Shown one piece after another: positions 1-13,200 of a stretch of 64,000 nt of DNA (the stretch's first letter is position 1; the number at the start of each line of letters is the position of its first letter). Source of the DNA: Phoronis australis. Its lineage: Eukaryota; Animalia; Phoronida. Location: NCBI GenBank assembly GCA_002633005.1, contig NMRA01000301.1, forward strand, positions 476,382 through 540,381, given 5' to 3'. The notes under the pieces are model-generated. The model saw nothing but the letters and a program-made list of their open reading frames with translations, was not told the origin of the DNA and ran no database searches. Made by a program: the position numbers and the translations under genes.

Positions 1-155
1 ATAAATTGAAGACGTTACTGTAAAATTTTAGGGCTGTCGGTAAGGCATTTTTCGCATGTACATGTTCATGGACTGGGGGCTTATTTTAGCAAAGTCTGAA
101 AACGCATGGGGGGGAGTGCTTATAGGGGCATGGGCGGTTATTATGGCGAATACAG
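1..155 (-). mobile_element. Tc2/pogo-like MITE end (same family as 29906-31382)
   Basis: Ends ...gggcggttattatggcgaatacag|TA; reverse complement of the start of the 29906 and 44990 copies. Confidence 0.75.
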
Positions 156-1114
156 TATAATAGCTATAACATTTAGTAAATAGAATAATATTGATAATTC
201 ACTATTTCACACTTTCGAGTTGAGCATGCTTACCACATGCACAGTAACATTACAGTTACCCAGGTTGTGTAAAAAGTCATTTTTTGCATTGTGGCCTATG
301 GGTACCTGACAGTAAACTTGGAAGATTCACTTGAAATTATAGTAAATAAATGGTGAAAACAGCAAATGCCATAAGGAAATAAAAATTGAAGGCTTGTTTG
401 GACATGAAAATTTTTAGACTGACATTACGTTAGCTTTGATTCAAAAGGTATTGGCTTCGCTGGTTAGCTGTTGCTAGGGTAATTCGCAATTATTGTAATA
501 ATTTGTGATTGTAATCATGGAATATTAATTCACTCTTGATGTTTACTCTCCAAGTAAAGGTCTTTAAGTCAAAGCAACCATCCTGTATCAGCACTATAAA
601 TTGTCATTTAAAGCCTTCCTCAGAGGAATTGTTTTGCTATTCAGCCAAGCATTGCTTTAGCCATGGTTTTAGCACTCACACTCAGGCTTGTCACATGCTA
701 GCCAGTCGCCAAGCTGTCATTGGTGAATTCTGAGTGGAACTGGCGATGGTAAATTAAAGCCAATTCTTCGATTTGGCGAACATTTTGCAACTTATCAATA
801 TAAAATAATTTCGGAAAACTACCAGTCAAGCCCGAGCAGCACTGAAATACTCGTTTTGTTCACGCAACCTAAGAATAGTAACCATGCATCCTGTGAAGCT
901 GCCATTTGTTGACTGTACTACCCCAGAAAATGTGATTTCGTAACTGGGTAGAGTGTTTAACTGTATGACGATATTTTAGGTAGGCTCAACAAGTTGACTT
1001 GATCTGGCTGTTCATTTTATGCACTTTAAGCACAGAGCATAGTCTCAAGCAATAACAAACCATCTCATTTTCACTTTGTGTAATGTTGTTGAAATGTTTT
1101 CTTGCACTCAACAG

Positions 1115-1264
1115 GGTCATCCTCGCCTTGTTAATGCCTTGTCCCGGCTCTTCTCCCCTCTAATTGGCCACGACATCAACCCATTTCAAGATATACTCGT
1201 CACCGTAGGAGCATATGAGGCACTTCACTGTTGCATTGTAGGACTAATCAATCCAGGAGATGAG
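1115..1264 (+). CDS. KYAT3: KYAT-like exon: [50 protein letters not shown]
   Basis: acag|GGT acceptor, GAG|gtattc donor, 150 nt, phase 0/0. Confidence 0.93.
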
Positions 1265-4200
1265 GTATTCTTTCTGTTCTGAAGTTCTCTATGTCATTTT
1301 TGAAAAATACATTTCATTACCAACACCAGAGCCGAGGGATATCTTCTCTGACTTGGATAAAATAGAGTCCTTTGAGAGGTAGAAGTTTGCAACTATTTAC
1401 AAGTCAATGATTATTTTTTTAATTGCTCTTTCTGTCAGAATTACTTTCCATGTTCCTCCTTGTGTTTTTGTGATTCCACATTATATACAACACACATTTA
1501 TAGTGCATGTTGGTGTCAGCTCCATTTGGATGTTTGTCGTCCCAGCGACAGGCTATGGCCTGTGGCTTAGTCTGAAAAATCCCTTGAATGACAGATATGA
1601 AATATGCTCCTACGTGTTTGCAATTCTCTGTCATTCCTTAGATGAGCAACAGCTTTTTGTGAACAATAGTAAGTGAAATTGTAACTTATTTTGTTGGAAG
1701 GTGAACTATGAACTTGGTGTAGTATTTTTCTTCTCAATGTTATGCAATACCTCACTGACATGTCTGTGCATTCAGCCCATTGTCTACAAAAGTATATATT
1801 TTCTGAAAGTAGAAAGTATGTTTCTGACATCACCTTCTCCATCTACCAAACTGCTTGAAGGATCGTTATTAAAATTTGGAGATGGGTTCCTCATCAAAAG
1901 ACTGAGGCAGACATGTTGAACTATATCAGTTTCAGACCAATCAAACTACAGCAGTGCTCCCTAGTGGCAATTTTATTTTTTGTGTTTGCCTCAGTAACTT
2001 CAGTGTTCCTTGATGCGTTTTATTAAAATTGGACAAATGAATTAATTTTCTATCATGAAGATGGCAGCAGCTTTCTTTTTTGTGATGGATTGGACATATT
2101 CTGCACCAACTAGTGGCCATTTTAATTATTTTTAATCTGTCTTTTTTGTTGTTTGCTTCTGTGTCTACCAAAACGGGCAGAGAATCACTATGAAAATTGG
2201 CAGATGTGTTTCTACTGACAAAACCTGCTTGACTGTCCTGGATTTTTAAATGGGTCCAACTACTTGTGACATTTTTCACATCTGGTTGTATCTCCTAAAC
2301 CCCTTGCAAATTGTTTTTGAAAATTTGCAATTGTATTGACTGGACACCAGGTGGATGGATTGGACTTCTGCAGTGTTTTCTAATGTTTTTTTACATTAAC
2401 TTGTATCTTTGAGTTTCTTTGACGGATTTTCATGAAATGTTTCAAATAATTTTAAGAGACAACAACACCTTCCCATTCTTCCTGAAGCAAATTTTTCTAA
2501 GCGCCCTGTATGCTTATTAGGGCAAATACAGTAACTATTTTTGTAGGGTCTTACGTAAACTTAAATTATCTTTTGTTGACTAAAATGTAATTTCTGCTAT
2601 GTAGTATGTATCCATTTCTCTGCCAGTCCAAGTTGCTGATACAAAGGTTATGCCAACGAACATCTTTAGTTTTGCTGTGAGTACAGCATATCAATTAGTG
2701 TGTAATTTAATACACTAACGTTTGATAGATTATCAAATCTAATGCTTTATTACAACCTATATCAGTTTACATCGTCGTCTCTTAGCCTAATGAGTTGACC
2801 TTTGTTGATTTCTAATAGGAAGGGGAAATGAGCACAAAATTAATAACGAATCGTCATTTTCAAGTAATAATTAATTTTGCCTCACTGTATTCCAGGTTAT
2901 AATCATTGAGCCGTTCTTTGACTGTTATGAGCCTATGGTTCGATTGGCTGGTGGTGTACCTGTGTTTATACCTCTGCGACCAGTGAGTAGTGCGATCATT
3001 ATTTAGTTACGACTGTCAGCCTTTTTTCAGCACAAAGCTGTGTTGTTCACACAGGCTGAAATTGTAGGAGACAGTGTTTACTTCTAAATTGAACATTTTT
3101 GAAGCACGTAACTTTTGTTGGGAGGTTTAAGTTGTCCCTGACTGTATTTTGAGAATATATTTATAAATTATACCACAATATTAGCGTCAAATGGCAGATA
3201 AAACCGTGTAATAACCCATAAAGTTATCTCACTAGTGAGATAACGATTTGGCGGGAAACCGAGAACGGAGTCTAACCCGGGACCTTGGTATTGCTGATCG
3301 CCGACTTTAACCACTACACCACGCAGCGACTTACGTCATCAAGAGTGAAAATAGAATACTTAAATGAGCACGCGCAATAATCGCACGTTCAACAAACCGC
3401 ATTGTACTGTACTTATACGTTACGAAAAATAAGACACATAATTTCCATAAAAATGATATCTTAATTCAGTGAAATTTTTCTCTCATGTCCTCTTACTTGT
3501 AAATCACCGATCTCCAGTTTGAATGCGGGTATCGTGTCGTCAGGATCATTGACTTGAGAATTATATTCAGTTACCAGTGGTAACCTACTTTAGCAGACGA
3601 TAATTTCCCGGTCGAAGCTTAGCGTGTAAAAAACGTGTTCTAAGTTATAATAGTTGCTTAACCTTAATTTAGAGATTCACTTCATTTCTATTTTGTTTTA
3701 ATTTCCAATTGGTTTTGAGTATAAGCATTATTTGACAAAAATAGCTCGGCTTTTCTTAAAAGGTCACGACCTCCGACCCCGGGCCTCTGACATAGAAAGT
3801 AGTTACAAAGCCGAGGCGAGTCGAGAAAGGTAGATCGATTCATTGCAATGTTTCTCGTTTAGTATGTGGTATAAATAGATTATTACATGTTCTCAGTCGT
3901 TATCCCCCTTATCTAGAGCCCTCGTGGATTTTGTAGAATTATCACCCTCGGGGCTGACGCCCCTCGGGCAATAATTCTCCAAAATCCACTCGGGCTCTAG
4001 ATAACGGGGGATAACGACTTCGCCATGTAATAATCTATATTTATCATCTATATATTTTCTGCGTCTTTGATGAGCAGCAAATCCCTATCCATGTCTTAAA
4101 ATGTTAGGAATCGTGTGAGCCCTATATTTTGTGTCATAATGAACATGGGTTAGTAATATTAATCCTGATCAAAAAACTTTGTCGTATTTGACTTATTTCT

Positions 4201-7200
4201 CTTTCACATGGCTTCATAAAGTTTGTTTTTCTAATTTTGATGTGCGACCACAAAAACCTGTTTTAAATACGGTACTTTGAAGTAAATTTCAAGTTAATGT
4301 GACATCCCGGATTTCTTTGTCATAAACCTTAGAATTGGTGTGCACACTTTTGGTTCAATCGAGTATCACATTTAAAAAAATTGTTTTGGAAATGGCCACA
4401 GCCCGAGTTTACATTTTGCTTAGAAAATTTACCTAATGCCCTCAAGAGGACAGACAAGCCTGTGACCTTCAAACTAGCTGTGCTGATAACCAACATAAAA
4501 AAATGTCAAAACTTCGAAGTTGTGTTGGAGAGCTGTTTTTTTTTCAGTTGATAAGAAAAGACTTCTTAGCTCTGCTGTGAAGTGGTGGTGTAGTGACATC
4601 ATGTTTATAATCTGTTAGCCTATTTACACCAACCTGCGTAACTGAAGCTGACCCACCCAGTTTATTTTGGAAAAAAACATACGAAACAGGAGAAAATTTG
4701 ATGCAGGACTGCTGAAATTCCTGTAGGCGATGAGAGAAATAAGTGTTCAGAACGTCTTATCTAATGTAATTAGGCTAGAAGTTGGCGTAAATGCTACGAC
4801 CTATAGACTTTAGAAATGATATTGATTAAGGAAGGGTAAGAATTCTTTTTGTCTGTTGCGCCCATAAGGATGAAATTGCGTGGTTGCAATAATTGGGCTT
4901 CAAATTTGGACTGAAGTGTCATGATTGAGAACATGAAAATGAACTATAAAGATTGACTTGTGTTAAAGTAATTTTTGATGATTCACCTTTTGCACATCAA
5001 ATGATTACGAATTGGCAAGTGTAGCTGTAGACGTAGAAAATAATTCTTGTTACAACGTGTCTTGTTAATTTTTTAGTCACTGGGCTCATTATGCCATCAA
5101 CCATATCTGTCCATCTGGCATCCATCTGGCATCTGTTTGGCATCTGTTGCTGTTTCTCCAAAACCCTTGAATAATCGTTCATGAACCTTTGCAGAATGTT
5201 CCATCATGGATAGGATGGGTTGAATGAATTTTGCTCCCTAGTGGCAATTTTATCTTTGGAGTTCCATAACCGATTTTTATGCACCCATACATTAATATGT
5301 GGGTGCATGTTGCTGTCATCTCTGTCTGGGTGTCTGGTGCCTGCTGCTATGTGTCATAAACCGCTGGTGGTATCATAACAGGGTTGATGTTTTCTGCCCC
5401 ATGTGGTGGCTATTTTTTTGTTTTTTTTGTGTCCGTTTCCTGGCATCCACCTCGCTGTCTGCCATACTGCTTAAAGGATCATTATGAGAATTGTTCCTGA
5501 TGAAAGGGGCATGACGGAAGTTGACTTTCTGATGGGTCTGACTACTGTGTCACCCCCTAGTGGAAATTTTGTTGTTTTTGCGTCTGCAGCCAAATCTCCT
5601 TAACCATTTGAAGCTTTTTGAAATTTGAAAGATGCATTCCTATGGAGCCATCGACAAACATTAACGAGTGTAGAACTGATCCAAATACCACTGTGCCCCC
5701 TAGTGACAAAATGTTTTTTATGCGCCCACATATATATATGTGGACGCATTATGCCGTCATCTCCATCCGTCCGTCCGTCTGGGCGGCGTCCGTCGTCCAA
5801 AACCCTTTGACATACGGTCATAAAATTTAGCACATATGTTCCATTTATGAATGGGACGGCATGAGTGAACTTTCGGATGGATACGACTACCGGTGTGCCC
5901 CCTCGTGGCAATTTTATTTTTGTTTGCTTACCTTTGTATCTTCAAAAGTCCTGAACGGATTTTCATGAAATTTGCTATGTAGGCACCTATTAGTCAGATG
6001 ACGATATCAACTCGTTTTCGGATGGATTCGACGTAGTTTGCGCCCCATAGTGGCCATTTTTACTATTTTCGAATCTGTTTTTTGCGTCTATCCCTCTAAC
6101 AACCAAACCGCTCAAAGGATGATTGTGAAAATTGGCGTGCAGGTGCTTACTATGAAGAGGACGGTTGACGATGATTTTTCGGCGATTTTGAGTACTGTGG
6201 CGACTCCTAATGGCAGTTTTGTTTTTTTTTTTGTGCCTATGGCTGTATCTCCTAAAATGTTCGCAGGATCTTTACAAATTTTGTAAGTATATTTATATGA
6301 TGTTAACAACGGACGACGACGACTTTTGGACAGATCCGAGTAGTGGTTTTTCCCCCTAGTGGCAATTTAATTTTTTTACGTTTACCTTTGTATCTTCAAA
6401 AGCTCTTAACGGATTTTCATTAAATTTAATGTGTAGGCACCTATTAGTGAGGTGACGCTATCATCCCGTTTTCGGATGGATTCGACATAGTTTGCGCCAC
6501 TTAGTGGCCATTTTTACTGTTTTCTAGTCTGTTTTTTTGCATCCATCCCTCTATCAACCAAACCACTCAAAGGATGATTGTGAAAATTGGCATGTATGTG
6601 CTTGCTATAAAGAAGACAGTTGACGATGATTTTCCGATGATTTCGAGTACTGTGGCAGTTTTGTTTTTTTTGTGCTGTATCTCCTGAACCGTTTGCAGAA
6701 TCTTTACTTAATGTAGCAAGTGTATTTATATGATGTCGACTATGGATGACGACGACTTTTGGACAGATCTGACTACTGCTGTGCCCCCTAGTGGCAATTT
6801 TAGTTTTTTACGTTTAACTCTCAGTATCTTCAAAGGTCCTCAACAGATTTTCATAAAATTTTAAATATAGGTATCTATTGGTGTGATGACGCTATCTCTC
6901 TGTTTTTGGATGGAATCGAGGTATTTTGCACCACCTGGTGGCCATTTTTGCTTTTTTCAAGTCTTGTTTTTGGTGTCCACCCCTGTATCAACCAAATCAT
7001 TTGAAAATTGGCATTATGTTCTCAGTGTGAAGACGACCTTTGATGATGGTGACTGTGGCGCCTCCTACTGGTAGTTTTGTTTTGCGCCCATAGTTGTTTC
7101 TCCTGAACCCACTGCAGTATCTTTACTAAATTTAGTAAGTGTATTAAATACGAAGATAATAACAGACGACGAAGACTTTCAGGCGGATCCAACGAACACT

Positions 7201-10200
7201 GTGCCCACTAGTGGCAATTTCATTTATTCTGTTTTCCTTTGTTTCTCTGAAGTTTCTTGACAGATTTTTATGAAATATGGCATGTTCCTGTTTTTGGATG
7301 GATTGTATGTTTTCGTGCCATCTAGTGGCCATTTTTATGTTACAAATAAATAACCCTAAAAGCACACCATTTGCAATGCATTCGTGGGCGCATTTCAATG
7401 CTCTGCATTGCTCTTCTTATGTTTGCCTCTGTATCTTTGGAGCTCATAATTTATTTTCGTGAAATTGGGCAAATATATTTCTATTATTAAGGCAACAATG
7501 CTTTCCAATTTTCAGACAGATTTGATGTTTTCTACGCCACCTGGTGGCCATTTTTATTATTTCTGCATCTGTCTTGCATCCACCTCCCTATCTGCCATAC
7601 CGCTTAAAGGGGTCATTATGAGTATTTACACATAAATACCTGATGAGGAGACCATGATTGAAGTTGACGAGTCCTACTGCTGTGTTGCCCCTCAGAGGTG
7701 ATTTTGTTTTTTTTTTGCGTTTTCGGTTGAATCTCATTAACGGTTTGAAGGAGCTTTGTGGAATTTGAAAGCAGTGTTCCTGTGGAGCAAATGACAAATG
7801 GTAACAAATGCAGAACTAATCAAAATACCACTGTGCCCCAAAGTAACAAAATATTTTTTACGTTTAGCTGACAAAAACTGTATATTTGGAGTTCATGAAT
7901 GTATTTTGAATCATGAAATTCGTCATATAGGTTTGTATCAAGGAGACGACAATGCTTTCCCATTTTTGGACAGATTTGATGTTCCCTGAGCCACTTAGAG
8001 GCCATTTAAAAATTTCCATGCATGTTTTTGACATCTGCCTTTCTATCTGCCAAACCACTCAAAGGATGATTATGAAAATTGACGGTTGTGTTCCTGATGC
8101 GAAGACCCTGCCTGATGTTGATATTCGGATGTTTTTGACTATTCTGGTGCCCCTGAAGGCAATTTTGCTTTTTTTGTGTCTGTGGCTGTATCTCCTGAAC
8201 CCTTTCTAGCCTCTTCTATAGAGATGGCAACAGATTACGATGAGTATCAGACCAATCGGACTATAGCTGTGCCCCCTAGTGTCAATTATTTTTCACATTT
8301 ATATCTTAGGAGGTCCTTGGGTTATTTTCAGGAAATTTGGCAAATAGTTGTGTTTCACAGAGACAACGCCACCTTCTCAATTCAGATAGATTTGACGCAT
8401 TTTGCGTCAGTTCTTCGAATGGCCATTTTTATGATACTAAAATCACCCACAGAAGCACACCGTTTTCGGTGCTATCGTAGGCGTATTTCAACACTCTGCA
8501 TTACTCTTGTTTGCATTTGTCTCTGTATCTTAGGAGTTTCTTGGCTTACTTTCATGAAATTTGGCAAATAGTTGTGTATTACACAGACAGCACCACCTTC
8601 TTTGTTTGGACAGATTTGATGCATTTTGGGCCATCTAGTGGCCACTTTTATGATAAAAACACCCATGTAGAAGCACACTGTTTACGGTGCTGTCGTGGGC
8701 ACATTTCAATGCTCGGCATTGCTCTTGTTCTGAACTTTGGCAAATAGCTTTGTATTAGAGGGATGATGACGCATTCCCAATTTTGAATGGGTTCAGCGTG
8801 TTCTGCACCATCTAATGTCCGTTTTATGTTATTAAAAACAATACTAGAAGCACTCCAGTTATGGTAGAATTGTGGGCGCATTTCAACTCTCCACGTTCTT
8901 CTTCTTGTGAAATTTGGCAATAGGTATCTACTTTAGGGCTGTATTATGTGCCACCTAGTGGCTATTTCTACTGTTTTATGTGCCCACATATATTTAATAT
9001 GGTCGCATATTGCCGTCATCTCTGTCTGGACATCCGACATCTGGTTGTTCGCAGGTGTATCCCTGAAACGACTCACAGGATATTGATGAGATTTGGCAGA
9101 TGTGTTCCTATGAAGCTGACGACAAATGACAACGAATTTTGGAGCTCTCCCAGTACCGGTGCGCCCCCTAGTGATATTTTTAGCTTTTTACGCTTACCTC
9201 TGTATCTTCAGAGGTCTTCAACAGATTTTCATGAATGCTCTACAGGATCTTTATTGAGTTTTGCTGGGTATTTATATGAAGTTAACAACAAAGCACAACG
9301 ACTTTTGGATGCATCCGACTACTGGTTTGTCCCCTAGTGGCAATTTTAGTTTCTTACGTTTAGTTCTTTATCTTCAAAGCTCATTAATGGATTTTCATAA
9401 AATTCAGCAGGTAGGCATCTATTAGTGAGGTGACACTACCTGTCAGTTTTCGGTAGAATTTGAAGCATTTTGCACCACCTAGTGGCCATTTTTACTGTTT
9501 TTGAATCTTGTTATTTGGTGTTTCCCCTCTGTCAACCAAACCACTCGAAGGATAGTTGTGGAAATTGGCATGTAAGCTCCTAATGTGAAGAGGAAGTTTG
9601 ACAGTGGTTTTCCGACCTTTTCATTTACTGTTGCACTTCCTAGTGGCAGTTATGTGTTTTTGTGTCTATAGCCTCCTAGTGCCAATTTCATTTTTTTCGT
9701 TTTCCACGGTTTCTCAGAAGTTCCTTGACAGATTTTTATGAAATAGCTTTGATGACACATACCAGTTTTCTGATGGATTCGACGTATTTTGCGTCATCTA
9801 ATGGCCATTGTTACGTTCCAAATAATCACTCCTAGAAGCAAACTGTTTGCGGTGCATTCATGAGTGCATTTCAACGCTATGCGTTGCTCTTGTTTAGTCT
9901 GTTTTTGGCATCCATCTCTCGGCCAAACCACTTTGAGGACTATGAAAATTGGTGTATATGTTTCTGCTGTGAAGAACATTTGGACGACTCGGACTATTGT
10001 TGCATCCCCTAGTAGTGTTTTATTTTTGTGTGTTTGTGGCTTATTTTCTAAACAGTTTGAAAATATTTTTGCCCCAACCGGGACTCAAACCCTGGACTGA
10101 CGGCAAACGGAGGTGTTGAAATTATCCAGTGACGTCATTGGTTTCACACGCAGTCTGTTCAGCAGTTCACAACAGGGGTTGCTGGTGTCAGCTTATCGCT

Positions 10201-13200
10201 TGAATTCATGGTTTAGCACCAATAAATCATCAAACTTCAAATTGAATGTAAAACCATTAAAAATACACCTAAAAACGTGTTGTTTTATTTCGCTGTCACT
10301 GATTTATTGGTATTTGGACTCACTGTAGCCTACAAAGTTCGGCAGGCCAATTTACCAAGGTTCTTAGCAGGAGTTTGGGTCTGTTTGAAGATAAATTTGA
10401 AGTATTCCTCCGTGAAATATAGACAGGAGAACCTAGATCTGCGTTGTTTATACTTGTGATTTTTTGAGTTCTAAACACACAAAATGCTTGTTATACCGGC
10501 CAGTGACTCGGAACCTGATCAGACCCGTTGCGGCCGCAGGGACTGGCATGAACATAAACCAGCTTGAGTTGGAAACTAAACCTCCAGTCACAAAAAGACT
10601 ATAATAGTGAGCCAAACAAATAATGTGCACATAATTGTTTGTGAATTAGCCACGAAACTGAAAATTTACTTAATTGTCGGGGGGCTGCGAAGTCGGGTTC
10701 CCCTTTCACAGACCGTCAGGGCAAAATGAACAATGATTTGAATAATGTATAGTATTTCTAAATAAAGATTTCCCTAACATGTGACCATAGCATATAAAAT
10801 CGAGTAATTGTTTCACAACAGCTTTCTGTCAACAAACACTGAATTAGCATGCGCTCACATGGCCTCGGTGCAGGGTTAATTACCTTTGTTGTCGGCATCA
10901 AAAGCCGGTAATGCAGTGGTTTATTCATTGCTGGCTTCTCAACATTTGCACTCGCGAATACTGCAAAGGCATTACAAACTGTATCTGATGAGACAGACTT
11001 TTACAGTTTCACATAAGCATTGGCTAGGATGAGAATAATTCATTTTGAAACAGAATGCAGAATAGTAAACGTCTACATGGCAACTCGCCCGTCGCCAATC
11101 CCGACTTAGTCAAGAGCTCATGCGACGAAGACTTACGGGTCGGACCGTCGTGGGATTGTTAGATTTCGCAGGCTATCAATTCGAACAGGAATACCGGCAC
11201 GAATCAAGAAATACTAGAGAGGCGCCGTGAACATGCACAGGCAACGGAATTCGTTACTGTTGACGAAATGCCGGCCACAGACACGGAGATGTTTCAAGGC
11301 CTCATACTTGCTATTAACAGTGTACCTTTCATTCTTCACTACCGCGAGCCACTTCCTAAGCATTTCGGGCTCTCGAGGAAGTCGAAAAAATTATTTACCC
11401 GCTTTCTTCGGAGCATCATAGTTTGGACAAGTGGGAACGATGCACCGCAATATAGCGACATTCACTCTGCAGACGAACCACTGACGTCGCTGCGTCGTTT
11501 CTTACCTTCCTCACAGGTTAACGCGACACCTCTCGGCAAGGTGAGGTCGACCGTACAAGAGGCAATGTGGATATAAAACGATTTAGATGGTAAAAATGAC
11601 TAATTAAATCGGGAGGCATTTTCCTTTAAAAATATTTGCGATATACATTTCCACTCCGGTTGAAGAGTTACATTATTTATATAACTCATTTCTGTTGACA
11701 TGAATTGCTCGACAAAATTGATAGTGTGTGCGTTAAGTACTTGTTTGATTCATGCAATTTATGTCTTGAACAAATCCCAAGAGGACAACAGCTTGTATGT
11801 ACGTCGCAAAAATGATTTAATGACTGGTACTTTGAACTGTTCGGGACACTTGCTGCCAGCTTGCAAGCACACACCAGCATCATTTGGTTTGTGGTACATA
11901 GATTGGATATCAAACCACCAACAGAGTTAACCAGTATATCCATGAATCGTAATTTGTTATCAACACTTAACTTTTCAATTCCAGATGTTACCGAGGACAC
12001 TTTTGTTCAGTTATTCTTAATAGATAACATTTTTTACTGCAACTAAATTATCACATCTTTGCATCAAGATAGTGCTTTGTAACCTTCATGAAACCTCAGG
12101 GTTTGGAGTCTGAAAATGCATTACAAATCTTGGTTAATTGACAGGTTGTACAGTGTATGCCTAAAGTATCCAGACAAAATGATCTGGGATTCCCAGCCAT
12201 GTCAGATGGGCAGAGGTCAACTTCATCATCAGACTGAGTTAGAAGTCCTCTCTCATGACTGAGTATGAAGGGAAATTAACATTTCGCAATTAGAATTTTG
12301 CCCACATCCTGTTAATATCCAGCCATTTTTGTCATCATAATGGAGAAACAGTATTTTGTCTTGATTACTTTTGCCTTCAGTGCTTATACTATGGGCAATG
12401 TTGCGTGAAAGATAGACCACCTAAGATCACAAAGCACAGTCATGCAACTATGAGGAAAATGCTATTGAATCGGGGTTAAAGTGTGTGTTGTTTGCAAGTA
12501 TTTTGAAGGTTAAATTTTTAATATATATAGACTAAGGCAGGTGTTGTGAATGGGGTGGGGGGCTAAGAAGGGTAATGGGCAGTGTCGAGGAGGGTGAAGG
12601 AGGACGAGAGGGGTGGGAATCTTTTGTTGTAACAGTGATGTGTGTCAATGTTTCACTGATTGATTTCTTTATTTCCAGACTGCTGATGGTCCAGCGAACA
12701 GTAGCAGCTCATGGAAGTTGGACCCGCAAGAGTTTGCCACTAAGTTTTCTAGTAAAACTAAACTCATCATATTAAACACGCCTAACAACCCATTAGGAAA
12801 GGTAAAATGGGGCACCGTGCTGGTGTAAGGGAATTACCTTGTCTCAAAATCCAGTGGTGCCGTGCACTAGGCACATCTGTCAGGCACATTATTTTTATTT
12901 TGTTTCCAAGCTATTGTTACCCTGCGTCTTACTAATTTCTATGACATTTCGCATTCAAATTTTGCTGTTAAGATGGTTTGCCTTTGATGCTGTAATTGGC
13001 TTTTTGATCAAGCTTGTTATTCTAACATATGACCTCATTTCACTTTCAAATGTTTTTTTGAATAAAGAAAATAGGTGTTGGAATGCTATGCAGTTGCCGA
13101 CTGTTAAGAACAGTAAAATAGTATAAAGTAAAACGACGAACGTTTGAACTAAAATATATTAAAGTATTTCCCACGTTTCGAGTGGTACGCTCTTTATCAA

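Larger units (their letters stand above)
5069..10060 (+). mobile_element. Cluster of nested DINE-1/HINE (Helentron-associated) elements with internal satellite
   Basis: 5' ends at ~5069, 5274, 5714, 8974 (T-run, subTIR hairpin, CGTC/GTCT microsatellite); 3' ends at 7418, 8511, 8729, ~8908, 9894 (subTIR, hairpin, CTCTTGTT). Confidence 0.8.

Noticed and set aside
1400-1680. Possible old Penelope pLTR with a hammerhead remnant (ctgtcattccttagatgag)
   Set aside because: Too degenerate; the core and stem II cannot be recovered.
3258-3330. Functional tRNA gene
   Set aside because: Acceptor, D and anticodon stems do not pair and the B box has TTA rather than TTC; kept only as a tRNA-derived relic.
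4240-4866. Possible TIR element (atgtgcgaccacaaaa / ttttgtctgttgcgcccat)
   Set aside because: The inverted match is too weak and there is no convincing TSD.
10065-10115. B-box-like gggtttgagtccc on the minus strand
   Set aside because: No A box or tRNA fold upstream; not enough to call a SINE.
11268-11576. + strand 102-aa ORF that superficially resembled a KolX C-terminus (RRFLPSS)
   Set aside because: The opposite strand encodes a clear THAP domain and the element's terminal region, so the ORF is a shadow.
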